Both the position numbers and the translations under genes were made by a program. 64,000 bases of DNA, taken from assembly GCA_040902515.1 (NCBI GenBank), contig JBBDXB010000006.1, positions 2,219 to 66,218 on the forward strand, read 5' to 3'. Shown piece by piece: positions 55,742 to 64,000 of the stretch; the first letter of the stretch is position 1, and every line of letters starts with the position of its first letter. This DNA is from Patescibacteria group bacterium (GTDB taxonomy: Bacteria; Patescibacteriota; SICC01). The notes below the pieces were generated by a model. That model did not search any database. It worked only from the letters and a program-made list of their open reading frames with translations, and was not told where the DNA came from.

Positions 55742-58226
55742 GCTGCGCCACTTTCTCCGCTTCCGGCAGCTTGAGCGAAAGCATCGTCGAGACGCCGCCG
55801 GAATCCATCGAGACGCCGTAGAGCATCGCCGCGGCTGTCATCGTGTCGCGGTTGTGCGTGACCACCAGGAACTGCGTCTGCTGGGCCAGCTCGGAGAGCA
55901 CGCGCGCGAAACGCCCGGTGTTGGCCTCGTCGAGCGCCGCATCCACCTCATCCAGCATCACGAACGGCGACGGGTTCACCTTGAGGATCGCGAACAGCAG
56001 CGCCACCGAGGTGAGCGCCCGCTCGCCGCCGGAAAGCTGCGCGAGCGACTTGAGGCGCTTGCCGGGCGGCACGGCCTTGATCTCGACGCCCATGTCCAGT
56101 TTGCGCGGGGCGGCTTCACCGCCACTATCCGCTTCTTCATCCTCGGCCTGCTTCGGTTCGACCATCTCCAGCGACGCCTTGCCGCCACCGAACAGCTTCT
56201 CGAAGTACTCCTCGAACGCGTCGCCGATCTTCTCGAACGCGTCGCTGAAGATCGTCCGGCTCTTCTGCTCCAGCTCCCGGATCACCTGCTCCAAGTCCTT
56301 CTTCGCCTTGACCAAGTCCTCGCTCTGCGCGGTCAGGAACTGGTGCCGCTCCTCGACTTCCTTGTGTTCCGCGGTCACCGCGGGGTCGATCCCGCCCATT
56401 TCCATCAGTTTCCGCTCCAGCTTGGCGATCCGCTCTTCGCTCACGTCTTCCGCGGTAAGTGGTGCGTTATCGGCGGGCGGAAACGCGAAATCGCCCTTAA
56501 GATTCGCGAGCTTGCCTTTCGCCTCATGGACCAGGTCATCGAGCCGGGTCTCCAGCTTGGCCAGCTCCAGGTTCTGCGCTTCAAGCTCCCGACGGTATTC
56601 ATCGTGCGTCCGCTGCTTGGTCCGGAGTGACGCCTCCTGCTCCTTGAGCTCATCGGTCTCCCCGAAGCTCCGTTGCTGCTCCGCGGCCACGCGCGTATCG
56701 AGAGCCGTGACCTGCTTCTCTAGTTCCTGCAGCTCCGCGCCGACCGTCTGTGCGGTCTTGGCCGATTCCGCGGCGGTGGCTTCCGCCGTCTTCAGCTCCG
56801 CGGCGGTTTCCTTCAGTCGTGCGGCAAGCGTCTTTCGCTCGGTCGCCGTCCGGTCAGCCTGCTCGCGACGGAGCTTCGTCGCTTCCTCCCGCGACGCCCG
56901 CTGCACTTTGAGCGATGCCAGTTCCTCCTGGAGCTTCGCCCGCTCCGCCAGGGCTTCATCCGGTTCACCCGCTGCCAAACGGCGGCTGCGTGCCAGGACC
57001 TTCCGGAGTTCCGTCAGTTTCGTCGTAAGCATCTCCTTCGCGGCGCCAATCGTCACCGCTTCCTCGATCTCCGCCGTCAGCCCGTCGGCCGTCCCCAGCA
57101 GCTCCGACAGATCGCCGGATCCCGCGAGCGTATCCTGGGCCAGCGCCGCGATCTGCCGTTCGACGGAGGAAATCCGTTGATCGAGGTCGCCGGTACCGGC
57201 GTCCGTTTTGCCGGACCCCGCCCCGGATAGCGCCTCCAGCCGTTCCGTGAGGTCACGCCGCTGGGCGGACAGACGCTCCGCCGTGGCCTTGGCCACTTCA
57301 CGAGCGGTGACCGCTTGGTTCATCCGGTCACGGAGGGCATCGCGCTTCCCGGCGACTTCGTTCCGTTCCGCGAACAGCTTGTTCAGGGTAAGTCCCTGCT
57401 GCCGCGACCGCAGCTCATCCACCTTCGCGGAGAGCTTCTCTAGTTCCCCACCGAGCTTGGCGTGTTCCTGCTCCAACTCCTCACGCTTGGTCCGTCGTTC
57501 CGAGACCTCGTGCGAGAGCTCACGGTACCGCCGCCCATACAGACCGAGCAACGCGTCCTTGAGCTGCTGCTCCACTTCGGCGCGTTTCGCCAGGGCGTCC
57601 GCCTGCCGGGCCAACGATTTCAGCCGGGGTCCGAGCTCCTTGAGAATGTCCTGGACCCGACTGAGGTTCCGTTCGGTCTCGCCCAGTTTCCGTTTAGCCT
57701 CGTCGCGCTTCAGGTAGAACTGCCGGACGCCGGCGGCCTCCTCGAAGAGTCCGCGCCGCTGTTCCGGCGTCTGGGTAAGCACCTTGTCCACCAGACCCTG
57801 GGAAATCACCGTGTAGTTCTCGGCACCGATGCCTGCCACCGCGAACGCGTGCAACAGGTCGGTGAGCCGCACCTTGCCGCCGTTCACCAGATATTCGGAG
57901 TCACCGGAACGATACTGGCGCCGCGTCACCACGACCTCGTCATAGTCGTATGGAAGACGTTTCACGGAATTATCGAACGTCAGCGATACCTCGGCCATGC
58001 TCATCGCCGGCCGCTTGGCGGTGCCGGAGAAGATCATGTCGGTCGAGACCTTGCCGCGGACCGCCTTCTTTGACTGCGCGCCGAGTACCCAGCGGATCGC
58101 GTCCGCGATGTTCGACTTGCCGGAGCCGTTCGGGCCGACGATCGCCGTGATGCCCGGCTCGAAGCGCAAAGCCGTCCGCTTGGCGAACGACTTGAATCCG
58201 GTGAGTTCTAACGAGGTCAGGAACAT
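55734..58226 (-). CDS. smc: SMC-family chromosome segregation ATPase, short form (830 aa)
   Basis: N-terminus MFLTSLELTGFKSFAKRTALRFEPGITAIVGPNGSGKSNIADAIRWVLGAQS. C-terminus has LSGGERALTSVALLFAILKVNPSPFVMLDEVDAALD. Long coiled coil, but I cannot recognise a hinge domain. Confidence 0.8.
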   Translation of the reverse strand: MFLTSLELTGFKSFAKRTALRFEPGITAIVGPNGSGKSNIADAIRWVLGAQSKKAVRGKVSTDMIFSGTAKRPAMSMAEVSLTFDNSVKRLPYDYDEVVVTRRQYRSGDSEYLVNGGKVRLTDLLHAFAVAGIGAENYTVISQGLVDKVLTQTPEQRRGLFEEAAGVRQFYLKRDEAKRKLGETERNLSRVQDILKELGPRLKSLARQADALAKRAEVEQQLKDALLGLYGRRYRELSHEVSERRTKREELEQEHAKLGGELEKLSAKVDELRSRQQGLTLNKLFAERNEVAGKRDALRDRMNQAVTAREVAKATAERLSAQRRDLTERLEALSGAGSGKTDAGTGDLDQRISSVERQIAALAQDTLAGSGDLSELLGTADGLTAEIEEAVTIGAAKEMLTTKLTELRKVLARSRRLAAGEPDEALAERAKLQEELASLKVQRASREEATKLRREQADRTATERKTLAARLKETAAELKTAEATAAESAKTAQTVGAELQELEKQVTALDTRVAAEQQRSFGETDELKEQEASLRTKQRTHDEYRRELEAQNLELAKLETRLDDLVHEAKGKLANLKGDFAFPPADNAPLTAEDVSEERIAKLERKLMEMGGIDPAVTAEHKEVEERHQFLTAQSEDLVKAKKDLEQVIRELEQKSRTIFSDAFEKIGDAFEEYFEKLFGGGKASLEMVEPKQAEDEEADSGGEAAPRKLDMGVEIKAVPPGKRLKSLAQLSGGERALTSVALLFAILKVNPSPFVMLDEVDAALDEANTGRFARVLSELAQQTQFLVVTHNRDTMTAAAMLYGVSMDSGGVSTMLSLKLPEAEKVAQHA

Positions 58227-58229
58227 GGT

Positions 58230-58940
58230 TCAGGAATCCTTGGGACGTTTCTTCACGCCTTTCGCGAGCGCGTCTTCCGCCGCCGCCCGCTCGGCCAACT
58301 GCTTCGAGGTCCCCTTCCCCTCGCCAAGCTTATTGTCGCCGACACCGACCGAGACCGTAAAGTGCTTGGCGTGGTCGGGACCGTGCTCGTCGAGCACCCG
58401 GTAGCGCGGGGTCTTCCCCAGTTTCTCCTGGGCCAGTTCCTGCAGCAGGCTCTTCGGCTCGCGATGCGACTCCTCGGCGATGATCGTCTCCAGGGCGGTG
58501 ATGATCTTCCGGTGGATGAAATCCTTGGCGACGCCGTACCCCTGGTCGAGGTAGATCGCGCCGATCACCGCCTCGCAGGCGTTGGCGAGCAAGGCGGACC
58601 GCTGGCGGCCGCCGCTCTTCTCTTCGCCTTTCGACATCAACAATGCCTGGCCAAGCCCCAGCTCTTCCGCCACCACGGCCAGCCGCTCCCCGCGGACCAG
58701 CGCGGAACGCAGGCTGGTCAGCTCACCCTCCGGATAATCGTAGGTCCGGTAAAGATGGTCGGTGACCACCAGCTCAAGCACCGCGTCCCCGAGGAATTCC
58801 AGGCGCTCGTTCTGCGGCAGGTCGAAGTTCCGGTTCTCGTTGAGGTAGCTCCGGTGTACCAGTGCCGTCCGGAGCAGCGAATCGTCCTTGAACCTGACGC
58901 CGAGTTTCTTCTGGACCGTGGTGAGCGAATCAGGCGCCAT
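58230..58940 (-). CDS. rnc: Ribonuclease III
   Basis: Signature NERLEFLGDAVLELVV with a C-terminal dsRBD. I chose the start at MAPDSLTTV (58938-58940). Confidence 0.9.
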   Translation of the reverse strand: MAPDSLTTVQKKLGVRFKDDSLLRTALVHRSYLNENRNFDLPQNERLEFLGDAVLELVVTDHLYRTYDYPEGELTSLRSALVRGERLAVVAEELGLGQALLMSKGEEKSGGRQRSALLANACEAVIGAIYLDQGYGVAKDFIHRKIITALETIIAEESHREPKSLLQELAQEKLGKTPRYRVLDEHGPDHAKHFTVSVGVGDNKLGEGKGTSKQLAERAAAEDALAKGVKKRPKDS

Positions 58941-59493
58941 GCGTAAGCTCCTTCGAGCGTTTGGCCGCCTGCGCCACCAGGCGCCGCAGGTTGGCGTGGG
59001 GAATCGCCCGGACGGCTTCGTCGGGATCGAACCAGCGGGCGTCCGCCACGAGTTGGTCGTGTGGGTCGAACTTCTCCGGATCCAGCTCCGTGTCACCCAT
59101 CGCCCGCATCAGGTAGAGGTCGACCGTCTTCCGGACCGTCTTACCTTTCTCGGGACCGCGCAAGCCGCGGAAGTGGTAGGTGTTCTTGCCAAGCAACTCG
59201 ACGATCTCGGCGGTGATACCCGTCTCCTCCTGCACTTCACGCACGCCGGCGGTCTTGCTGTCCTCGCCGGGATCGATGTGTCCCTTGGGAATTGCCCAGG
59301 CGCCGTCGAACGAGTGCTTGATTAGCAGCAGCTTCGGGACGCCGTCGATGATCGCGTAGACGATGCCGCCCGAGGAATGGACGAACTTACTTCTCTGCCG
59401 ACGGTTCTTGCCCGCCGGCCGGCCGCGTCTTTTCGGGTTGCGTTTCTTTTCCGTCATCGCCTTGCTTACCATCCTTATCGTCCTTCCCATCAT
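58930..59493 (-). CDS. NUDIX hydrolase
   Basis: Nudix box GHIDPGEDSKTAGVREVQEETGI. The 5' end overlaps nusB, so the true start is probably internal. Confidence 0.8.
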   Translation of the reverse strand: MMGRTIRMVSKAMTEKKRNPKRRGRPAGKNRRQRSKFVHSSGGIVYAIIDGVPKLLLIKHSFDGAWAIPKGHIDPGEDSKTAGVREVQEETGITAEIVELLGKNTYHFRGLRGPEKGKTVRKTVDLYLMRAMGDTELDPEKFDPHDQLVADARWFDPDEAVRAIPHANLRRLVAQAAKRSKELTHGA

Positions 59494-59902
59494 ACTTGTC
59501 GCTGCCGCGGTAGACAGTCCCCAGCACGCCGTTCACGAATGAACCGGAGTTCTCGCCGCCGAACGCCTTGGCGATCTCCACCGCCTCGTTGATCGCCACC
59601 TTCGGCGGGACCCCGTCGGAGTAAAGTACCTCATAGATCCCGAGCCGGAGCACCGCCCGGTCGATCGCCGCGATCTGGTCGAGCGGCCATTCCGGCGCGT
59701 GCTTCACGATCAGTGCGTCGATTGCCTTGCGATGCTTGGCCAGCCCGGCGGCGGCTTGTTCGACATACGCCCGCTCCTCGTCAGACACCTGCTCTCTCTG
59801 GAGATGGCGTGCCGTGATGTCGGTAAGCGCCTGTTCGGGGTGGAATTCCGCCTCATACAGCGACTGCATGAGGACGGTCCGAAGCGTGTGACGGTTCGAC
59901 AT
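59387..59902 (-). CDS. nusB: Transcription antitermination factor NusB with Lys/Asp/Gly-rich C-terminal tail
   Basis: RHTLRTVLMQSLYEAEFHP...IDRAVLRLGIYEVLY is the NusB core. Confidence 0.85.
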   Translation of the reverse strand: MSNRHTLRTVLMQSLYEAEFHPEQALTDITARHLQREQVSDEERAYVEQAAAGLAKHRKAIDALIVKHAPEWPLDQIAAIDRAVLRLGIYEVLYSDGVPPKVAINEAVEIAKAFGGENSGSFVNGVLGTVYRGSDKYDGKDDKDGKQGDDGKETQPEKTRPAGGQEPSAEK

Positions 59903-60072
59903 CAGTCTTTCTTGATGACCTGCCGGCCGCGGTACTGCCCGGTATCGGGATCCGCACGATGGCTCAGTCGCAATCCGGTAGCGGTCTTCACTGCTCCGGG
60001 GGCTTTCGGTGCCAGATGCGAACGTCCCTTGCGGGTCCGTGTCTTCGACTTCTTTTGCTTAGGTACGGCCAT
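59902..60072 (-). CDS. rpmF: 50S ribosomal protein L32
   Basis: Hand translation gives MAVPKQKKSKTRTRKGRSHLAPKAPGAVKTATGLRLSHRADPDTGQYRGRQVIKKD. Its TGA overlaps the nusB ATG by 1 nt. Below the ORF-track size cutoff. Confidence 0.8.
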   Translation of the reverse strand: MAVPKQKKSKTRTRKGRSHLAPKAPGAVKTATGLRLSHRADPDTGQYRGRQVIKKD

Positions 60073-60122
60073 ATGGACAGCTTACAGGGTGAACGCTGCC
60101 AGTGGCTAGGCCACGGATCATG

Positions 60123-60614
60123 CTACCTTTTGAACCGCTTGAGATCGCCAAAGGGATGCTCGTCATCCCCCGGACCCTTCTCCGGCGCGTGCGTATGCGG
60201 TTCGACGTTCAGGTCTTTGCCGCAGGCAGGGCAAAGCCCCCTGCACGCCGGATCGTGCAGCGGTTTCTCCGGCAGGCTGGTCAGGATGACCGCACGGAGC
60301 ATCGGGTCCAGCACCAACCGTTCGTTCTCCGCCGGAAACTGTTCCTCGGTCGGCTCTTTCGTGAACTCCTCGGAGAGCGGTTCTTCGATCGGATGCTCGA
60401 ACGGCTTGAGGCAGCGGCTGCACTCGAGCCTCGCGGTGGCAGTAAGATCGCCGGCGACGAGGTACCGGTCGCCAAGCCGGGTGACCGTGCCGGATCCCTT
60501 GAGATCCCGGAGGCTTTGGAGATCCTCAAGTTTCGGCGCGGGGGTGGAGAACCGGAACGGTTCGCTGGCGCCAGGATCCGCGCTTCGCAGCGTCCGGATG
60601 TCGACGGTGATCAT
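60123..60614 (-). CDS. yceD: YceD/DUF177 family protein
   Basis: MITVDIRTL...CSRCLKPFEHPIEE...CRGLCPACGKDLN (two CxxC pairs), in the classic position upstream of rpmF. The start overlaps the leuS stop (ATGA). Confidence 0.8.
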   Translation of the reverse strand: MITVDIRTLRSADPGASEPFRFSTPAPKLEDLQSLRDLKGSGTVTRLGDRYLVAGDLTATARLECSRCLKPFEHPIEEPLSEEFTKEPTEEQFPAENERLVLDPMLRAVILTSLPEKPLHDPACRGLCPACGKDLNVEPHTHAPEKGPGDDEHPFGDLKRFKR

Positions 60615-63484
60615 ACGACGAAGTTGAGCAGCTTTCCAGGTACGTAGATTACCTGCTTCGGCTTGGCGTCGCCAAGGTGCTTTTGCACGATTTCGTTTTC
60701 CTGTGCCGCCTGGACGGCGGCTGCCTCGGTCAGCCCTTCCGTGGGTAGTGTGACCGTTGTCCGGACCTTCCCGTTCACCTGCACGACGATGGCCGCGGTC
60801 TCCTGCTTCAGGGCGGCCCGGTCGATCGTCGGCCAATCCTGCGTGAAGATCGAATCCTCATGTCCCAGTTCCCGCCAAAGTTCTTCGGCGATATGCGGCG
60901 CGAACGGCGTTAGCAAGACCAGATACCGTTCAAAGTAGGGTCGCGCGGTGGCCGGCACGCCGCCGGCATCATCGGCCAGTGACTGGAAGCCGTTGAGCGC
61001 TTCCATCAGGGCACTGATTGCTGTGTTGAAACGGAATCCCTCGATCGACTCCGTCACCCGCTTGGTCGCCTGGGAGGCCACGCGTTTCCAGTCGCGTTCC
61101 GCCGCAGAGACTTTATCGCTTCCGTGTGTATGGCCGCTATTCGCTTCGGCTAGCCGCTGCCCGAACGTCCAGACCCGTTTCAGGAACCGGTAGGATCCCT
61201 CAATACCCTGCGTGCTCCAATCCGCACTCTGGTCGAATGGCCCAATGAACATCTCGAATATTCGGAGCGTGTCGGCGCCGAGACCTTCGACGACCTCATC
61301 AGGGTTGATCACGTTACCCAGTGACTTGCTCATCTTGCGACCGTCATCGGCTAGGATCATTCCCTGGTTACGGAGACTCAGAAACGGCTCCCGGAAGGCG
61401 AGGTGGCCGCGATCGGCGAGCGCTTTGGTCCAGAACCGAGCGTAGAGCAGATGCAGCACCGCATGTTCCGCTCCGCCGACGTACACATCCACCGGCATCC
61501 AGGCCTTGAGCGCAGCGGGGTCGAACGGTCCGTCTTTTTTGTCCGGAGACGGATACCGCAGGAAATACCAGTTGGAATCCGCGAACGTGTCCATGGTGTC
61601 GGTCTCGCGTTCGGCGGCGTCGCCACACTTCGGGCACGGCGTTTGTACGAACGACTCGACCTTGGCAAGCGGGCTCCGCCCGTCGCCGGTCGGGAGATAA
61701 TCTTCCACGTTCGGCAGCTCCACCGGCAGGTCCTCTCCCGGCACCGGCTGGGGACCGCATTTCTTGCAGTGGATGACCGGGATCGGCGTGCCCCAGTACC
61801 GCTGCCGGGAGATCAGCCAGTCGCGGAGCTTGTAGCCGGTCTGCTCTGTAGCGACCTTCCGTTTCTTGAGATCGGCGATGATCCGCTCGCGGGCGGTAGC
61901 AGACGTGAGACCGTCGTACTGGCCGGAGTTCACCAGGATCCCTTCGCCGCCGAACGCTTCCCGCTTCATGAACCAGCGGAACGCGAACCCGTGCATCGGG
62001 TCGGTCATGCGCCGCTCGACTTCAGCCGGCGCCATCCAGCCCACCGTGAACAGCCCTTGTTCGTGATCCTCCAGCTTCGGTTCGTCGCGGGCTTCATCTT
62101 TCAGTCGGAAATGGAACAGTTCCGCCGTGCTGCAGCGCGCCTTGCCGTGCGCGATCGTGTGGTAATGGTTCTTGGCCTGAATGCCTCGGGCGACCAGCTC
62201 CAGGTTCGTGTACCCGCTCTCCTCGGCGACCTCCCGCCGTGCCGCGGCTTCCGGATCCTCGCCCTCGTCCCGGCCGCCTCCGACGAAGAGGGTGCCGCCG
62301 CCTTTCTCCCAGTCCAGCGTCAGCAGCTCGCCGGTCTTCGGATGCTCGACGATCGCCACGATGCTCCGCCGCGGCTCCTCACCGTCGACCGGTGCACCGG
62401 TTTCCGGCATCACGACCTGCCGGACCGGCAGGTCGAAGACCTCCGCGAACTCGCGGTCCCGGGAATCGTGCGCCGGTACCGCCATGATCGCGCCTGTCCC
62501 GTACGAAGCCAGGACGTAATCAGCAATCCAGATCGGTATCCGCTCGTTGTTGGCCGGGTTGGTCGCATAGCTGCCGGTGAACACGCCCGTTTTCTTGCGA
62601 TCGGTCGCCGTCCGGTCGATCTCGCTCGCTCGCTTCGCTTGCTCGACGTACTTCCCGACCGCCGTGGCCTGCTCCGTGGTCGTGAGTTTCCCGACCAGCG
62701 CATGCTCCGGCGCCAGGACTAAATACGTGGCGCCGAACAACGTGTCTGGGCGGGTGGTGTAGACAGTGATGTCGCCGGCGTCGCTACCGAATGTCACCTG
62801 CGCCCCTTCGCTCCGGCCGATCCAGTTCCGCTGCATCGCCTTGATCGGCTCCGGCCAGTCGAGCTCGTCCAGTGCGTCCATCAACTCGTCGGCGTACGCC
62901 GTGATCTTGAAGTACCACTGGGTCAGCTCCTTCTTGGTTACTTCGGCACCGCAGCGCTCGCACTTACCATCGATGACCTGTTCATTGGCCAGCACGGTCT
63001 TGTCGTTCGGGCACCACCACTGCTGCCCGACGTCCCGATACACCAGTCCCGCCTTGAACAGCTCCAGGAAGATCCACTGCGTCCAGCGGTAATAGTCCGG
63101 GTCCGAGGTGTTCACCTCGCGCGACCAGTCGTACGAGAATCCGAGGCTCTTCAGTTGTCGGCGGAAGTTCTCGATGTTCCGCGTGGTGTTCTCCGCCGGA
63201 TGGACACCTTTCTTGATCGCCGCGTTCTCGGCCGGGAGCCCGAACGCGTCCCATCCCATCGGATGCAGAACGTCATGACCCGTCAGGCGTTTGAAGTGTG
63301 AGTACGCATCCGTCGCGATGTAGCCGCGCGGGTGCCCCACGTGCAATCCGTCGCCGGACGGATACGGGAACATGTCGAGCACGTATGCCTTCGTGCCAGG
63401 CTTGTCCGGCGCCGTGAAGATACCTGTTTCCTCCCAGCGCCGCTGCCACTTCGGTTCGATGGACTGCGGGTCGTAACGCTTCAT
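60611..63484 (-). CDS. leuS: Leucine--tRNA ligase carrying an inserted Nudix-box domain
   Basis: HVGH (HIGH) and KMSKS motifs, CP1 editing domain. I chose the start at MKRYDPQSIEPKWQ (63482-63484). Residues about 365-512 contain GGGRDEGEDPEAAARREVAEESGY, a perfect Nudix box. Confidence 0.92.
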   Translation of the reverse strand: MKRYDPQSIEPKWQRRWEETGIFTAPDKPGTKAYVLDMFPYPSGDGLHVGHPRGYIATDAYSHFKRLTGHDVLHPMGWDAFGLPAENAAIKKGVHPAENTTRNIENFRRQLKSLGFSYDWSREVNTSDPDYYRWTQWIFLELFKAGLVYRDVGQQWWCPNDKTVLANEQVIDGKCERCGAEVTKKELTQWYFKITAYADELMDALDELDWPEPIKAMQRNWIGRSEGAQVTFGSDAGDITVYTTRPDTLFGATYLVLAPEHALVGKLTTTEQATAVGKYVEQAKRASEIDRTATDRKKTGVFTGSYATNPANNERIPIWIADYVLASYGTGAIMAVPAHDSRDREFAEVFDLPVRQVVMPETGAPVDGEEPRRSIVAIVEHPKTGELLTLDWEKGGGTLFVGGGRDEGEDPEAAARREVAEESGYTNLELVARGIQAKNHYHTIAHGKARCSTAELFHFRLKDEARDEPKLEDHEQGLFTVGWMAPAEVERRMTDPMHGFAFRWFMKREAFGGEGILVNSGQYDGLTSATARERIIADLKKRKVATEQTGYKLRDWLISRQRYWGTPIPVIHCKKCGPQPVPGEDLPVELPNVEDYLPTGDGRSPLAKVESFVQTPCPKCGDAAERETDTMDTFADSNWYFLRYPSPDKKDGPFDPAALKAWMPVDVYVGGAEHAVLHLLYARFWTKALADRGHLAFREPFLSLRNQGMILADDGRKMSKSLGNVINPDEVVEGLGADTLRIFEMFIGPFDQSADWSTQGIEGSYRFLKRVWTFGQRLAEANSGHTHGSDKVSAAERDWKRVASQATKRVTESIEGFRFNTAISALMEALNGFQSLADDAGGVPATARPYFERYLVLLTPFAPHIAEELWRELGHEDSIFTQDWPTIDRAALKQETAAIVVQVNGKVRTTVTLPTEGLTEAAAVQAAQENEIVQKHLGDAKPKQVIYVPGKLLNFVV

Positions 63485-63561
63485 CCCTATTAGCGTACTA
63501 GGCCGGAGCGCCAAGCGACACATCGTGGCACGACTCGCCGCCGATGCGGTAGGCTGAGGCC

Positions 63562-64000
63562 GTGCCTCCGACCAAGCGCAACCACTACGACATCGTGGTC
63601 CTCGGTGCGGGGCCGGCCGGCCTCGCGGCCGCCGTCTACGCCGCACGCTATAACCTGAGGACCCTCGTCTTCGACATGGGCTTCGGCCGTTCCACCTGGT
63701 TCCAGCGATTCGACAATTACCTCGGCTTCCCGAAGGGCACCAAGGCGATGCAGTTCCGGGAGCTGGGCCGCGAGCAGGCCGAGCGGCTCGGCGCACGGTT
63801 CCATCTGCAAGAACCGGCCGAACGCGTCATGCCCCGTAAGGACGGGACCCTCACGATTCATACCAAGAAGCGCTCCGTGACCGCCGAAACGGTGATCATC
63901 GCCAGTGGCGTCGAGGACGTGATGCCGGACTTCAAGGACAACTTCGAATACGAGGGCCGGTCGATGTACTGGTGCATCCTCTGTGACGGCCACTTCGTGA
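63562..64000 (+). CDS. Thioredoxin-reductase-like FAD/NAD(P)-dependent disulfide oxidoreductase, 5' part; runs off the window end
   Basis: GTG at 63562 after AGGCTGAGG. YDIVVLGAGPAGLAAAVYAARYNL (FAD GxGxxG) and WCILCDG (CxxC redox pair). Confidence 0.6.
   Translation, partial: MPPTKRNHYDIVVLGAGPAGLAAAVYAARYNLRTLVFDMGFGRSTWFQRFDNYLGFPKGTKAMQFRELGREQAERLGARFHLQEPAERVMPRKDGTLTIHTKKRSVTAETVIIASGVEDVMPDFKDNFEYEGRSMYWCILCDGHFV

Noticed and set aside
60123-60836. N-terminal extensions of track ORFs (yceD 237 aa, leuS 1061 aa, tig 512 aa, nusA 564 aa, uvrA 990 aa, uvrC 639 aa, rnc 288 aa)
   Set aside because: The extra N-terminal segments are Arg/Pro/Gly-rich read-through of upstream genes in another frame. 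Conserved N-termini begin at internal Met codons, often with ATGA or TAATG coupling to the upstream stop.
63490-63993. 167-aa minus-strand ORF at the window end
   Set aside because: Antisense to the trxB-like gene, whose FAD-binding GxGxxG and CxxC motifs identify the real coding strand.

Overview
High-GC bacterial chromosomal segment (roughly two-thirds G+C by eye), very gene-dense, with almost every gene on the minus strand. Nearly all of it is core housekeeping: rpoB (partial), an MFS transporter, clpP, trigger factor, comEA, recG, tyrS, a class-A PBP, mpg, ppa, tgt, a yacL-like PIN-TRAM protein, clpC, nusA, yraN, rnhB, rplS, dnaE, gatCAB, ligA, htpX-lemA, two LysM proteins, secG, uvrC, uvrA, uvrB, trmD, rpsP, a KH protein, an SMC-like ATPase, rnc, a Nudix hydrolase, nusB, rpmF, yceD, leuS and the start of a trxB-like gene. 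By hand-folding I found two tRNA regions that the six-frame ORF track cannot show. The first holds one stand-alone tRNA-Leu(TAG) and a seven-gene array: Leu-CAG, Leu-GAG, Val-TAC, a 440-bp structured spacer, then Phe-GAA, Gly-GCC, Cys-GCA and Leu-TAA. The second holds three aberrant tRNA-like elements. I found no transposase, integrase, CRISPR array or recognisable defence system. Synteny resembles Gram-positive genomes (yacL-clpC, rnc-smc, ytxG/ytxH-like stress genes), but I cannot assign the lineage. Genes often overlap by 1 or 4 nt, convergent genes overlap, and several proteins (S16, L19, NusA, NusB, KH) carry long low-complexity tails. The more interesting observations are: a leuS carrying an in-frame Nudix-box domain; a 502-aa acidic disordered protein coupled between tig and clpP; three eroded tRNA-like elements where rimM normally sits, one with an AUA anticodon; a non-coding structured spacer inside the tRNA array; a near-consensus promoter driving an unknown two-gene unit between gatC and ligA; a membrane-protein gene inserted inside gatCAB; and a low-GC orphan gene. 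Many long plus-strand ORFs in the track are antisense artefacts of minus-strand genes.
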